Origin: Amoeboaphelidium protococcarum X5
Lineage: Eukaryota; Fungi; Aphelidiomycota
Assembly (NCBI GenBank): GCA_023515725.1
Contig: JALDTO010000057.1
Coordinates: 310,001-374,000, forward strand
Length of the DNA: 64,000 nucleotides
Direction of reading: 5' to 3'
This document shows positions 28,558 through 40,114 of this stretch, in pieces. The translations under genes and the position numbers were made by a program. Position 1 is the stretch's first letter; every line of letters begins with the position of its first letter. The notes below the pieces were generated by a model that saw only the letters and a program-made list of their open reading frames with translations, searched no databases and had not been told where the DNA came from.

Positions 28558-30291
28558 ATGCCTAAGGAAGTTGAATATATGACCAGGGAGGAGTTTGATA
28601 ATGATTTTGATCAGTTTTTGGCTCAAACAAGTAAGAAAACCAAGCGCCCTGCACCGATAGTGATGAACCACGCCATTGACTTGTGGCTAATGTATCAATC
28701 GGTGATGAAGAGAGGTGGACATTAAGCTGTAAGTTTCTTTTTGTTAACATTACAATTTAATCAATACTGATATATCATTCATTGTAGGTTACTAATGTTA
28801 ACAGTTGGCGCCAAGTGTTTCTGGACTGCACTGAAGCGACGACTTACTCTTCAAACACGGGATATTACACTCGATTGAGTTATGAAAAGTAAGTTGCCTC
28901 TTTTGATGAATATTTACATGCTATTCTATGATATTCTATGTAGAACACTATGGGATTATGAGCGATAGGCGAATAAAAGTGATCCACAAAGGAAATATAA
29001 GTTCAAACACGTCCCTGCTGATTATGATGAGAAGGCTCTCACTAGTGCTGATGTTATTCGCATGCACAAAGAATTGTTGCGGTCAAAGTCTGGTGGACAG
29101 TTGAATGAATAATCAAACGCGAGCTCTAGCAGGCCAAATACACCACGGTCAATGTCGCCAAAGTATTCATCGTCAGACTCAAAGCGAAAGCAATAGTCAA
29201 GGAGCAGACGCGGTCCATCAGTGCTCGGGCGATTCTCATCCTCTGCTTATGATCAATCAACCACTGATGAAGATAATGAGCTGTTTTTCTCTGATGATGA
29301 TGAAGCACATCGAGTGTTACAATAGCACCCAGCTAAATTTTCATAATCATTGGCCGAGTTGGAGTCTATAATGGACAAGATGCCAGATTGCGAAGTGTTC
29401 ATCCAGACTTTGGAAGCCGATTAGCCCCCGATACCTAAATTCCTGCAGCAGTTGTTAGCGACTGATGAGACTGACACCAAAAGCCAGAAGAAGAGTAAAT
29501 TACCTGTTGACGCGTGCTGCGTGTATCTTAATCAAGTCCAAACTTAATTGGTGAAATTGTCAAAGAGATATGCAGAGTGCGATGAATTAGCCTATCATTT
29601 CGATCGACGACTGGGAGCGATGGAAATGTATACAGGTAGTGGCACTTCTACTCGAAAGAGAAAGAGTCAAGAAGATTAAGAGGAGCCTGTGAGCCTTGAT
29701 CCGTTGTAGTATTAGTAATAGTAATCATCTGCCGAAAAAGATGAGGAGGGGTCCTAAATCAACAACGATGTTGCATAGCAGGAGTAAGAAGTTGATGAAG
29801 GGTCTCTCGCGTCCGATGAATAGGAAGAGGATTTTAAAGAGTAGGATAGGGAGGACTTTGATTTAGACGGAAGCAAGCCTTAGATGATATCTCCTCTTGC
29901 TTTATTGATGAGTCAAAGTTAGCGATAAGTGTCAGTTTCCTAAAGCGTCGACAGTTAAGATAATCAACAAGATTAGGCATAGAGTTGGGATGGCGATCAA
30001 GATAACGCTGACAATAACATCGTCAATGACGGTGATTCCTAACTATCTGTCGATACTGCGCGAGAGATTGCTGAGGCTGCATTATCTGTCCAGTCAATGA
30101 AGTCTTCGCCTGTCAGTCCAATGTCAAGTAATCCGTTCAATGATAAGAGGCGAAGATCGTCAGGAAGAAGTCGCGCCAGAGAGCAATTGCTTGCCAGCTA
30201 TTCCACCTCCAGTGCGGATGACGATGAAGCTTTGAGCAGAAGATCCAGTGGTGGTGGTGCAAGGCGTAAAAGTAGGAGAAGATTGTACTGA
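28558..30291 (+). CDS. ARID/BRIGHT-domain protein with acidic and Gln-rich C-terminus (introns 28729-28787, 28889-28943)
   Basis: IDLWLMYQSVMKRGGHQAVT..NSWRQV...YEKTLWDYE matches the ARID core. Confidence 0.75.
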
Positions 30292-30506
30292 AGGGCTTTG
30301 GTCACGAAATACTGTTCTGCCAGTTGATTAAGGATCGACTGTTTGGTATTTAATGAGTGACTAAGAAAGAAGCATTGAAATTCAATATAAAAGGCATAGT
30401 GTTAAATGCAATCAGAGAATGTGTGATAGAATTCAAGCTTTATTAATAGGCACACGAAGTCAATCAACTCATAACATGACCACACAATAATACAGCCATG
30501 AGGAAA

Positions 30507-31316
30507 TCAATCTGTGGCCATAGATTCAGACTTTTACACAGGGTAGTATTAATAATGCAATTCATTGACATCATAATTTCCAATAAACTCCCAACCTTCA
30601 GCCTTGACATGATACAAATTAATCGTACCACCACTGTAAGCATCTCTGAAGGTGGCGTGGTAAATCGATCTGCGACCAAGTTCAATAGCATCTTCAACCG
30701 ATAAATCATAACGATAACCAGCATCAAGTACACCATACGCAAAAGTGGATCCACTACCAACACTAAATAGATCACCCTTCAATCTGGTACCATCATTATC
30801 CACATAGAATAAGTTTGGGCCAGTCTTATCCCACCCGGTCACCATCGTGCCCATGGATAAGCCCATTCCCTTGTAAGAGTACACCATGTTGGCAAGTAAC
30901 TTGCTAGCAGCAGCGACACTAATTCTCTCACCATTGCGAAGTTCATACAGTCTGCAGCGTCTTCCCAATTCACGCTCCCAGTAAGAGCAATCTGCAGCAC
31001 CACCAGCCATCGTTCCCAACAGGTACGGATTGATCTCAATAACCTTCTTCACGGACTGAGACGCAATGTACGGACCAGCAGTTGCTCTGGAATCCACAGC
31101 GACAATGACTCCGTGCTAGAACTTGAATGCTAAAGTTGTGGTACCTTGTCTCATTGGCAGACAAGTCTTTACATAGTTGTTCAACGTTGCAGCAGGACTC
31201 TTGGTACCCATAATGGCGAAAGATTCATTCAGTCCATTCTAATCGTTGAAGCGAGCAGTACCGCTGGCGACATTATCATCCTGGCGCAAACTTTCTGCCA
31301 AAAGTATATCATTCAT
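30507..31316 (-). CDS. PRE2: 20S proteasome subunit beta-5
   Basis: G/TTTLAFKF(Q=TAG)[37 protein letters not shown]. Confidence 0.97.
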
Positions 31317-31664
31317 TTTAGATAACTTAATATAATTCTATAGGGAGAAGTAGAGATGAATGACTATTTGAAGTTCAGGTGAGAGTTTCAGTCGGAATTT
31401 TCGCGGAACAAAACGAAAGCGACGTTTCGATCAAAAATCGTGCCTTTATGTTCGACAGTACAGTTATTGTGCTTGCGTCTATCAATGGGAATAAACGCGA
31501 TATACTGTATGTAATAATATACTAACCATTTACTGCAATTTGGCGAGAATCTAGATTTATACTTAATGTGATTGAGTGTTGGCTTTCAAATTAAATGCCG
31601 AGGATCTCAATTCGAGCAGATCATGGATGCATTGAACATCAAGTATGATCACTTCCAAAAAGTG

Positions 31665-31735
31665 TGCATCCTGCGGGAATCGAACCCACGGCAATGTCTT
31701 GGAAGGACACTATGTTACCTCTACACTAAGGATGC
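31665..31735 (-). tRNA. tRNA-Gly (anticodon UCC), intronless
   Basis: GCATCCT/AGGATGC acceptor stem, GTGTC-CT TCC AA-GACAT anticodon arm, GTGGG-TTCGATT-CCCGC T arm, followed by a TTTTT Pol III terminator. Confidence 0.93.
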
Positions 31736-32051
31736 GTGTATGAAGAGAGATGTGGTTCTTACAGCTCATATATCCGTTCTCACCTGGCTTCTAAAGTTTT
31801 GAAACGCGCGCTTGTCCTTCTCAGTTTCTCAGTGTCTCTGCACCTCTTCAGTCTTACCTTCGTTTCGCCTATTGTGCGCGAGTTCTTCTTTATAACTGCA
31901 AGAGATTGAAAGACTGCAAACCTATTGACTATTAGTTATTTTTTCTATACTTTAGTTGCTTAAAGGAACTCGGAAACACTAGCAATCGAACGTCAGAATT
32001 AAAATTTTAAAGAATTTAAACTCAAGAAGTAAAACTTTAGAAGAATTAAAA

Positions 32052-32789
32052 ATGTTGTAAACTTTAGGAAGTTAGTTGCCGGCAGATGCTGCTATTGGTC
32101 ATCAGTTTTCGCCATACTCTGACAATGGTGGAACTACTTTGTCTATTGCCGGAAAGGATTACTGTTTAGTTGCTTCTGACACTCGTCAGTCTGAGGGTTA
32201 TGAGATTCATAGCAGATATTAGCCTCACTCGTTTGTGTTGAACAAGACTTGCATCTTCAGTGGTTGTGGTATGTACGCAGACACTGTGGAACTGTACAAA
32301 ACTTTAATGGGTAGACTGGAGTGGTACAGACATCAACATGACAAGGAGATGAGCTGTCCAGCAGTTGCCCAAATGTTGGCCACCATTCTGTATGGTAAGC
32401 GCTTCTTTCCGTACTATGTATTCTCCATCTTGTCCGGCTTGGATGAAGAGGGTAATGGTGTGGTGTATTCTTTCGATCCGGTTGGGTCTTACGAGAGACA
32501 CATCACACGTGCTGGGGGTTCAAGTGCTTCTCTGATTTAACCATTCTTGGACAACATTGTGGAGCACAAGACTATTTCCACATTCTCCGAGTCTCTTCCG
32601 CGTGATGCTCCTAACAAGGGCGGTAAGAAGTAGATTCCTCTGTTGAGTAGAGAAGAGGCTACCAAGATTGCCAGAGATGCCTTTACCGGAGCAACGGAGA
32701 GAGATATTCACACTGGTGACTATTTGGAGATTTTTATTTGCGATAAGGATGGAGTTAATGTGCAAAAGTTTGATCTCAAGAAGGATTGA
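32052..32789 (+). CDS. PRE7: 20S proteasome subunit beta-6 (PSMB1 type)
   Basis: [33 protein letters not shown](Q=TAA)[20 protein letters not shown]-stop. Confidence 0.96.
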
Positions 32790-33050
32790 GATGTTATTTT
32801 TTATGACAATTGTGGACTATAATATTTAGTTACATCACTCTTTAATTTTTATTTCTTCCGTACTATCACAGGAACTTCTTATACTGTAAATATATTTCTG
32901 TCAGTTAAGATACAAATCCAATTAGGGAAAGTTCAATCTCATTACGCCTTTAGTGCATAAAACGACCTCAAATTGATCGGCCGAACGATCTCCATAAGGT
33001 TTCGCTCAGTTTTCACAGCTATATCACATAGTTGACTATTTTTACGCGTA

Positions 33051-34472
33051 ATGGTTAGATTGAACGTGAGGCATCCGCTTGGGATAAAGCCGGAGGGAAA
33101 TTAGCTGATTGACAGTGGTAATGCTGGGTTTAGAGCTAATGTAAGATAGAGTGGTCTTGGCTCGCTGTCTGCATTGGATGATCAATTGATATACTATGTC
33201 CTTTCCATGCTTGATGCGCGATCTCTCGCTAGAATAGCCTCAGTTAGTAAGGCTGCTTATTGTTGGTCCTATTATGATGAATTCTGGAAGCCTTTGGTTT
33301 TATCCGATTATAAATCTGAGTTTGTATGGGCCGGATAATCATGGCGTTAGACCTACGCGTATAATGCCCGATTACTCTAAACTTCTTCAGATTCTGACAA
33401 TAAATAGCCATTTTTGAACAACATTGCTCCGGTGCAAGTAAATTATTTCTATTCAGATTTCTTATTCCAAGCTTATGTAAGTCTAGCTGCTGAAATTGAT
33501 AGAGAATGGCTAAAAGTTGATAATATAGATCGAAGGAGCAAATTAAGTGTGGAGGATATCAAGCGCGAATACGAGATTCCCAACAAGCCTGTTGTAATTA
33601 GTGACTGCGTCCAACAATGGCCATGCTACTCCAAGTGGACTAGGGAATATTTGAGCGCAAATTATGGCAATGTCGAGTTCAGAGCTGAGGCTATGCAAAC
33701 ATCACTGTTAAATTATCTGAAATACTCGGACTAATCATTGGAAGAAGCCCCATTATACTTGTTTGACTCTCAATTTGTATATAAATGTCCAGAAATGGGA
33801 CGCGACTTTTAAGTGCCTGATTACTTTTCAGAGGATCTATTTAAACTTTTGGGCTAGGATAAACGGCCTGATTACCGATGGCTCATTCTAGGGCCCGCCA
33901 AGTCTGGCAGTACTTTCCACAAAGACCCCAATGCCACGTCTGCATGGAACGCTACTATATATGGCAGTAAGAAGTGGGTCATGTTTCCGCCTGAAGTCAT
34001 CCCCCCGGGTATACATCCTAATCATGATGGATCTGAAGTTACCACCCCGATCTCTGTTGTAGAATGGTTTATCAACTACTACAAGGAGGCGAGACTGTTA
34101 AATCCAATCGAATGTGTTACTAAAGCCGGGGATCTTATATTTGTACCGTCTGGTTGGTGGCATTGTGTTATTAATTTGGAAGAGACTCTGGCAATCACGC
34201 AGAACTTTGTCTCATCTGCCAATTTGACTGAGGTTTTACATTTGCTAAAGTACAAAAAGTCCCATATCAGTGGCGTACCATGCAGCTATGTCGACAGCAT
34301 TGGCAAAGATTTTGAAAAGGTCCTCTTAGATCACGGGTATGTTTTGATAGATACAGTGCATTAGAAACGAAAGCTGGAATGTGAATTGAATTCAGAGTCT
34401 CAGGATGAGAATAAGAAAAAATAACCGTCTTGGTGGGCTGACAGCTGCCAAAGTGAATTTACACTGTTTTGA
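33051..34472 (+). CDS. F-box/JmjC-domain oxygenase (JMJD6-like)
   Basis: HPLGIKPEGN, F-box-like GLGSLSALDDQLI, PLYLFD, RPDYRWLILGPAKSGSTFHKDPNATSAWN, FVPSGWWHCVINL, AITQNF. Confidence 0.9.
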
Positions 34473-34500
34473 ATAAACGGTTCATCTAACAATGTATTCA

Positions 34501-35412
34501 TCATAGTTTATCATCTTGAGTACTAAAAGTAATACTAGAACCTTGGTGTGCCTTTGATGCAGTAAGACCAGTAAAATGTCCACTCTATGCAATCTTCGAC
34601 GCGTCAACGTAAGAAGATTGTGCAGATTGTGTCTATAGAGGAGTTTTACCGACTTCAACCAGGCGACTCTTCATCAATACCATCTGAACCACGGCAGTAG
34701 TTAGTAAACTGCTTATGATTGCCAGACAAATCGCATAACCAAGGTCAAAGCTAAACATGACCGATACCATGCCGGGAAGAGTAGCCGCAAGGGAAATACT
34801 GCAAATTCGAACCCCATACCGCGCAATAATGTCATAGGAATAACTGTTTGAGCTTGACACAATCTTGTTCAAAGCTGAAGTATATCGGTACAAACTACGC
34901 AATGAGTATAAATCGCAGGCAATTAAGAGAGCCGATGCAAATGCCAAAGTGATTATATATGAATACTCCACCAGCGCTTGTATCTGTTACACCTTGAACG
35001 ATCGAATTACGCTTAGAGACCCGTTGAACATGAAAATTACTGTAGAGCTCATAACACTCAATCGATAAAAGTTAAAATACTTGGTGTCTTCCAGTATTGG
35101 CTTTCCACGAATGTAAACGTATTGAACGTAAGCTGCAATGCCAGTAGTGAAGAAGAAGGCTGATATTGCATGGTAAATGTCACGCATTGCCCAATTCTAT
35201 TCAATATCAGCCAGTGCCACCACCAACGCTTCAAAGATTCCATGTATTACAGCAGAGATATGAATTGCAAGTATGATAAAATCGAGTTTATTCTATAGGT
35301 ACGATTTGCGGTGGCGCCTCTAAATAAGCATATACCAGCCAAGCGACGCCATTAGCACTGTCGATATCAGGCTCTCGACAATTAAAATCCACCAGTTGTT
35401 AGAAAATATCAT
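34501..35412 (-). CDS. Orphan seven-transmembrane protein, paralog A
   Basis: 304-codon frame with 7 hydrophobic segments; collinear similarity to the adjacent gene (KLDFII/KLDYII, EYSYIITL, CDLYSLRSLY/CDVYSLRSLY). Confidence 0.75.
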
Positions 35413-35796
35413 TATCTTGCACTTAGTGTATGTAACTCTCAATTCAAAAGCCTTCCAATTATCAGCTTAAATAAGCCGATATCATCAATAAATAGCAAAG
35501 GCATAATCAACAGTCTATGATTGAGCTATTAATAACTCTCAAGTGTAAAAGATTGAGTGAACACTTTTAACTACCTTTTTCAAGTCAGTCACCATATAAG
35601 AATTTTTGAGATAAAGTATTATCTGTCTAAATCAAACTTTTGAGGTGTATTAGAACATAGCGTATGTTGCATTAAGTGGTAAACGAGATGTTACAGATCG
35701 ACTCGATATATAAAGCACGCAAAGATCGAATTCAAATTTAACCAATCATCATATTAACTTTATTCATTCATTCATTCAATTAGATCAACTCCCAAC

Positions 35797-36690
35797 TCAA
35801 ACAGAATTAACGGCCGAGTCATTCTGACTTTGAGCAGCACTGCGCATCAGAGGAGTGGCATTACTAGACGGCAACTTGGCCTTATCGACGTATGAAGCTT
35901 CGGATTGGGTGGATGGATCTGGCGAATTACCCAATGCAACCAACTTGATCTTCATCCTCACCAAAAAGCATGGGGATGCAGCAAAAAGAATGTACAGTAA
36001 GGCGATAAAGAGGTTATGTAAAGCACCATTAGGGAAAAAGATTCCCATAAATCCGCACAAAGTTGCAGCAATAGACAGACTACATACAATGACACCGTAG
36101 TGAGCAATCACGGCATACGATGAGCTATTGCTACTCTTCACAATAGAGCTCAAATTTCTCGTGTACTGATACAGACTTCTCAGAGAGTAAACATCGCAGA
36201 AGAGAAGTCCGACCGAGGCCAGTAGCAACGTGATGATGTATGAGTACTCAATCAAACCAGTAGCATCCACTTTCTGATATCTCAGCACACTCAGAAAGCC
36301 ATTGATGAAGAAGAATGAATTGCAAGCGTACACAGTGGCGCGATAAATGAAGAAGAAGCGCTAATCTTCCAACAGAGGCCTGCTTCTCAGGTAAACATAG
36401 GCGACATAAGCAATGGCACCAATAGTGAAGAATACAGCAGATACAGTATGGCAATCATCACGGAGCACATAGTTCGCAGGCGTATCAGCGAGAGCAAAGC
36501 TGACAGACTCAAACACGACGTAGAAAATTGTGGCCCAGTGATTCAGAAAGATAATATAATCCAGCTTAGTCTTGAAGTAGCGTTCATTGAACAATGTCTG
36601 AGCGCGTAGATAGATTAACCATGACACGAGCAAAGCGATAGACACGCCACTTGAAACAAACAGCAGCCACCAACTGTCGGAAAATTCCAT
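35797..36690 (-). CDS. Orphan seven-transmembrane protein, paralog B
   Basis: 298-codon frame joined across a TAG at 36361-36363; 7 hydrophobic segments; paralog of 34501-35412. Confidence 0.75.
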
Positions 36691-37366
36691 AGTCTGGCGA
36701 TAATAAGACGACAAGTAATTGTAAGAAGCAGCTAAGTGTGAGAAGAAAAGGTTAAAGTAATGTCGGAGATGTTAAATTGACATTAATTGCGAGTCGGTTA
36801 ATAATAGCAACCAATCGAGCGGCATAATCGGAGATGGTGACAGTTGATTGAAAATAGACATCCTTACCAAGGCAACTTACAGAATTTATTAGTTATTATA
36901 AGCTTCCATTTCTAAATATGGCAGTAGGGGCAAGAACACTTCAGAAAGAGATGCTATTGCAGTAATCACAAAGGTAGTAGAAACTTCTCAATAGATAAAT
37001 AATTAACATGACAGGTATGCGCGTTCTCCTCATAAACGCGCTTGAGTTAACGAGCAGAGGGGTAGCGCGCATCTTTCCTCTCATCCGCGCTCGTCGTTCA
37101 TTCTCTCGTTCGGTTGACGAAGAGGAGACAGTGAGTACAGTACTGATAGCGCACAAAGCACGCCGATGAGAGAGAGAAAACTATTTATTCGAGCTCGGGT
37201 TGTCATCAAGACTCGGTCGTCCGCCATTTCTTTCTCACTTCTGTCAGTTGATAGTTAAAAAACGCCATCACAAACATATTACCGGCAGATTCTGCTCATT
37301 TTTACAGTATCCATCAGAGGCATTCTCTAGGAATCACGTAACTTGTAGAAATATTAATATAAATAT

Positions 37367-39922
37367 ATGATGGTTGCAAGAGGAACTAGTCGTCCATCGT
37401 CATCACTGGGGAAGCACGGTAACGTGAAGAGCGGTGATGCGAATGAATCGAATACAGCGTCAACTAGTTAAGGAGGTAAATAATAGGGAAGCTCTGCATT
37501 TTAGTAATAATCATCATCTGCTGCTGCTAGCAAGAACCTTTCGCCATAGGAATAGGAAATGGTAAATCTCAAGAACAAGTACAAATCATAGCTGCACACT
37601 CTGAGGTAGCTCTTTTCAGAGACTTGGAAGGATGATGATCTTATTGCCGTTCTCTAGGAAGTTAATGGAGATTTGGATACTGCCATTGGGAGGATTAGTG
37701 AAGGACATGCTGAATAATGGTCGGCGCCGCAGTCAAGGAAGCAGAGACGCGAGAAGAAGCTTGATTAGACGCAGTAGTCCTCCTCATAGCCCTAGTAGTC
37801 ACATTCTGGTTATGGTTATGGGCAGTAGAGCGATTATGGTTAGGATAGTAATCATCCGCACTCTGCTAACAGAAGAGTTGTTGGAAGTGGTACGCGTGGT
37901 CGAGGTAGAGGTCGCGCGCGTGGTGGTCGTTCTATGGGTGCCACCACGAGATAGGATTACAGTCGAGGTAACACTTCCACCACTAATGGCTCGTATGACG
38001 GTCAATCTTCTCGTCGCTATAATGATAAAGGCGCTGAAGATTCTAATGACAACAGTTGGTCGTCTGCAGCGTACAATAGCGGTAAGTCTTCTGGTGGCAA
38101 TGCTAACAGTTGGTCTAATGAGCCAGTGTCCCACACTGCAGCTGCAGGTACTTCTTGGGATGACGCGTCCAGTACTGCTGCAACAGCTGGATCAGTTATC
38201 TCTAGTCATGATTTGAAGCAGTAATAGCAATAGAACGCGGCTGAAAATTTCGCTAGTTAATCGTCTGATACGGCGGCATCTGGGAAGGCAGGTTGGGGAA
38301 CTCCTTCCAAGAAGCAATAGTCTTCGCCATAGCAGGGATAGAGTCAAGGTGGTTGGTCTGGCTCAAAAGCCACTTAAGATTAGTTGGCATCAACAACGGC
38401 AGCTTTGTCAGGTGATGAAGGCAGTGTTGGAATAAAATCCGGCTGGGGAACTGTATCTTCTTAGTCTGCAGGTGCCATTAAAACAGCGCGTCCATCTGCT
38501 GCTAGTGGCTAATAGTCTTCTAAGTCTGGTGCTGGCAAGTCAACTTGGGCTCAGATCGCCAGACCAGAGCAGGTTATGCAGAAAATTGTTGAGAACGTAC
38601 CACTTGCTGATTAAGGCTCACACTCTTAAAGAGTTGAAGAAGTCGCGCCTCCATAAGCTAGTTCAGGTTGGGGATCTTCCGGCAGGCCAAGGAGCAAGAG
38701 TCCTGCCAAAGTTAAAAGTCCTGTTGGTTAGCAGGTGGAGCAATAGGAAGCCGGATCCACAACCGGATGGAATGTGCCAGTAAGTTAATCTGCTTCTGTA
38801 TCTCCAAAGATTTAGCAATCCCATTAATAACATAGTCCATCATCTGCAAAGACGTATAATAATGTTATTGGTAGCGGACGTTCTCTTAGTGGTTCAGAGA
38901 GTGGTGTATTGCCTGCAGGTGATAGATCGGTCAGTAATGCTGCTGTGGGAAGTGTTGGTGTCAGATTTGGCACTCTTGGACTGAACGATGATTCCGATTC
39001 TGTGCCAGTTGCATAGAAACCTCTAAGTAGTCCTCTAGGTGTTAATCCTGTCGGTGGTGTCAATGCTAGTAGAACTCCTGGTGCTCAGTAATAGCAATAA
39101 CCAAGTTATCTGATGGGAATCAGTCCTGAGATTAAACCTGCATAGGTTCAGTAAGCTTCATCATCTGATGCTGGTAGTAAGTCTGTTGCAGGTTTGAGTC
39201 ATTTGTAATAGCAGGCAGCACCTCTTGGTGTCGGATCTTCTGTTTAATCTGGTGGTAACAGCTATGCTCAGTATTAGACTCAGCCTGCTGCAGGTCAATC
39301 TGATTACAGCTCTATCTACAGTCATCTGTCTACTGCATCTAATGCTAATCCACTAGGACAGTTCCCACATTAGGCTGGATATCAACAGTAGCAGTAGTTT
39401 CCTGGTTAGCAATCGTAGCAATAGCCTCACAACATGGCTGGCTATGGTTTGAATCCTGCTAATTTGGCGAATATGTATGCTGCGTACTTCCCTTACTATG
39501 CCAGCTAATTTGGTGTTGGGTAAACTTCTGGTATTGGAGCAGGGGCATTTGGCGCTAATCCAGCTTATGGTGGTCATTAGTCTCCGTTTATGAACAAGTT
39601 CCCAATGTACAACACTGGAGTTGGAAATAACGGTACTGGACAATCTAATCCAAATTAGCCTTAGTAGCAGTAACAGCAACAGTAGTAGTCTCAATAGAGC
39701 AGAAATAGTCCATATGGTGGTGGCTATTATCCTGGTGCGCAACCTTAGCAGCAGTAGTAGCATCATTAGAATGGAGGTTTTGCTGGCACCAACTACTCGT
39801 CTCAATTGCAGTAGTAGACGCAGTAGCAGTAATAGCAGCGCCAGTAATAGGCTCAACAAGGTTAGCAGAATCAGCGTCAAGGTGGTGGCAAGAATCCCCA
39901 ATCTGGCCAATCCTCTTGGTGA
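37367..39922 (+). CDS. Def1/UBAP2-like CUE-domain, RGG- and Gln-rich protein
   Basis: KYKSQLHTLRQLFSETWKDDDLIAVLQEVNGDLDTAIGRISEGHAEQW (Def1-type CUE); RGG box; poly-Gln tracts written in mixed CAG/CAA/TAG/TAA. Confidence 0.8.
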
Positions 39923-40114
39923 TTTGACGATGCTCTCCTTATGGACAGTTTATTGACTGAGCCATTAAGTATAAGTAGTATTATGGTATGAAAACGTAAT
40001 ATCTTTGCAAATATAATGCAAATATCTATCAAAAGTTTAAAAGTTAATTTACAATCTCTTTTTATTACTTTGGGCATCATCTCTAGTCTAAACGATTACG
40101 AGAGTAGGCGTCAA

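Noticed and set aside
31665-31735. Possible suppressor tRNA-Gln decoding UAR
   Set aside because: The anticodon is UCC (Gly); no UUA or CUA tRNA was seen in this window.
37632-39956. Hydrophobic or Leu/Ser-rich ORFs at 37632-38216, 37799-38134, 38472-38783, 39353-39910 and 39621-39956
   Set aside because: Alternative-frame or antisense readings of the Gln/Gly-rich Def1-like gene.
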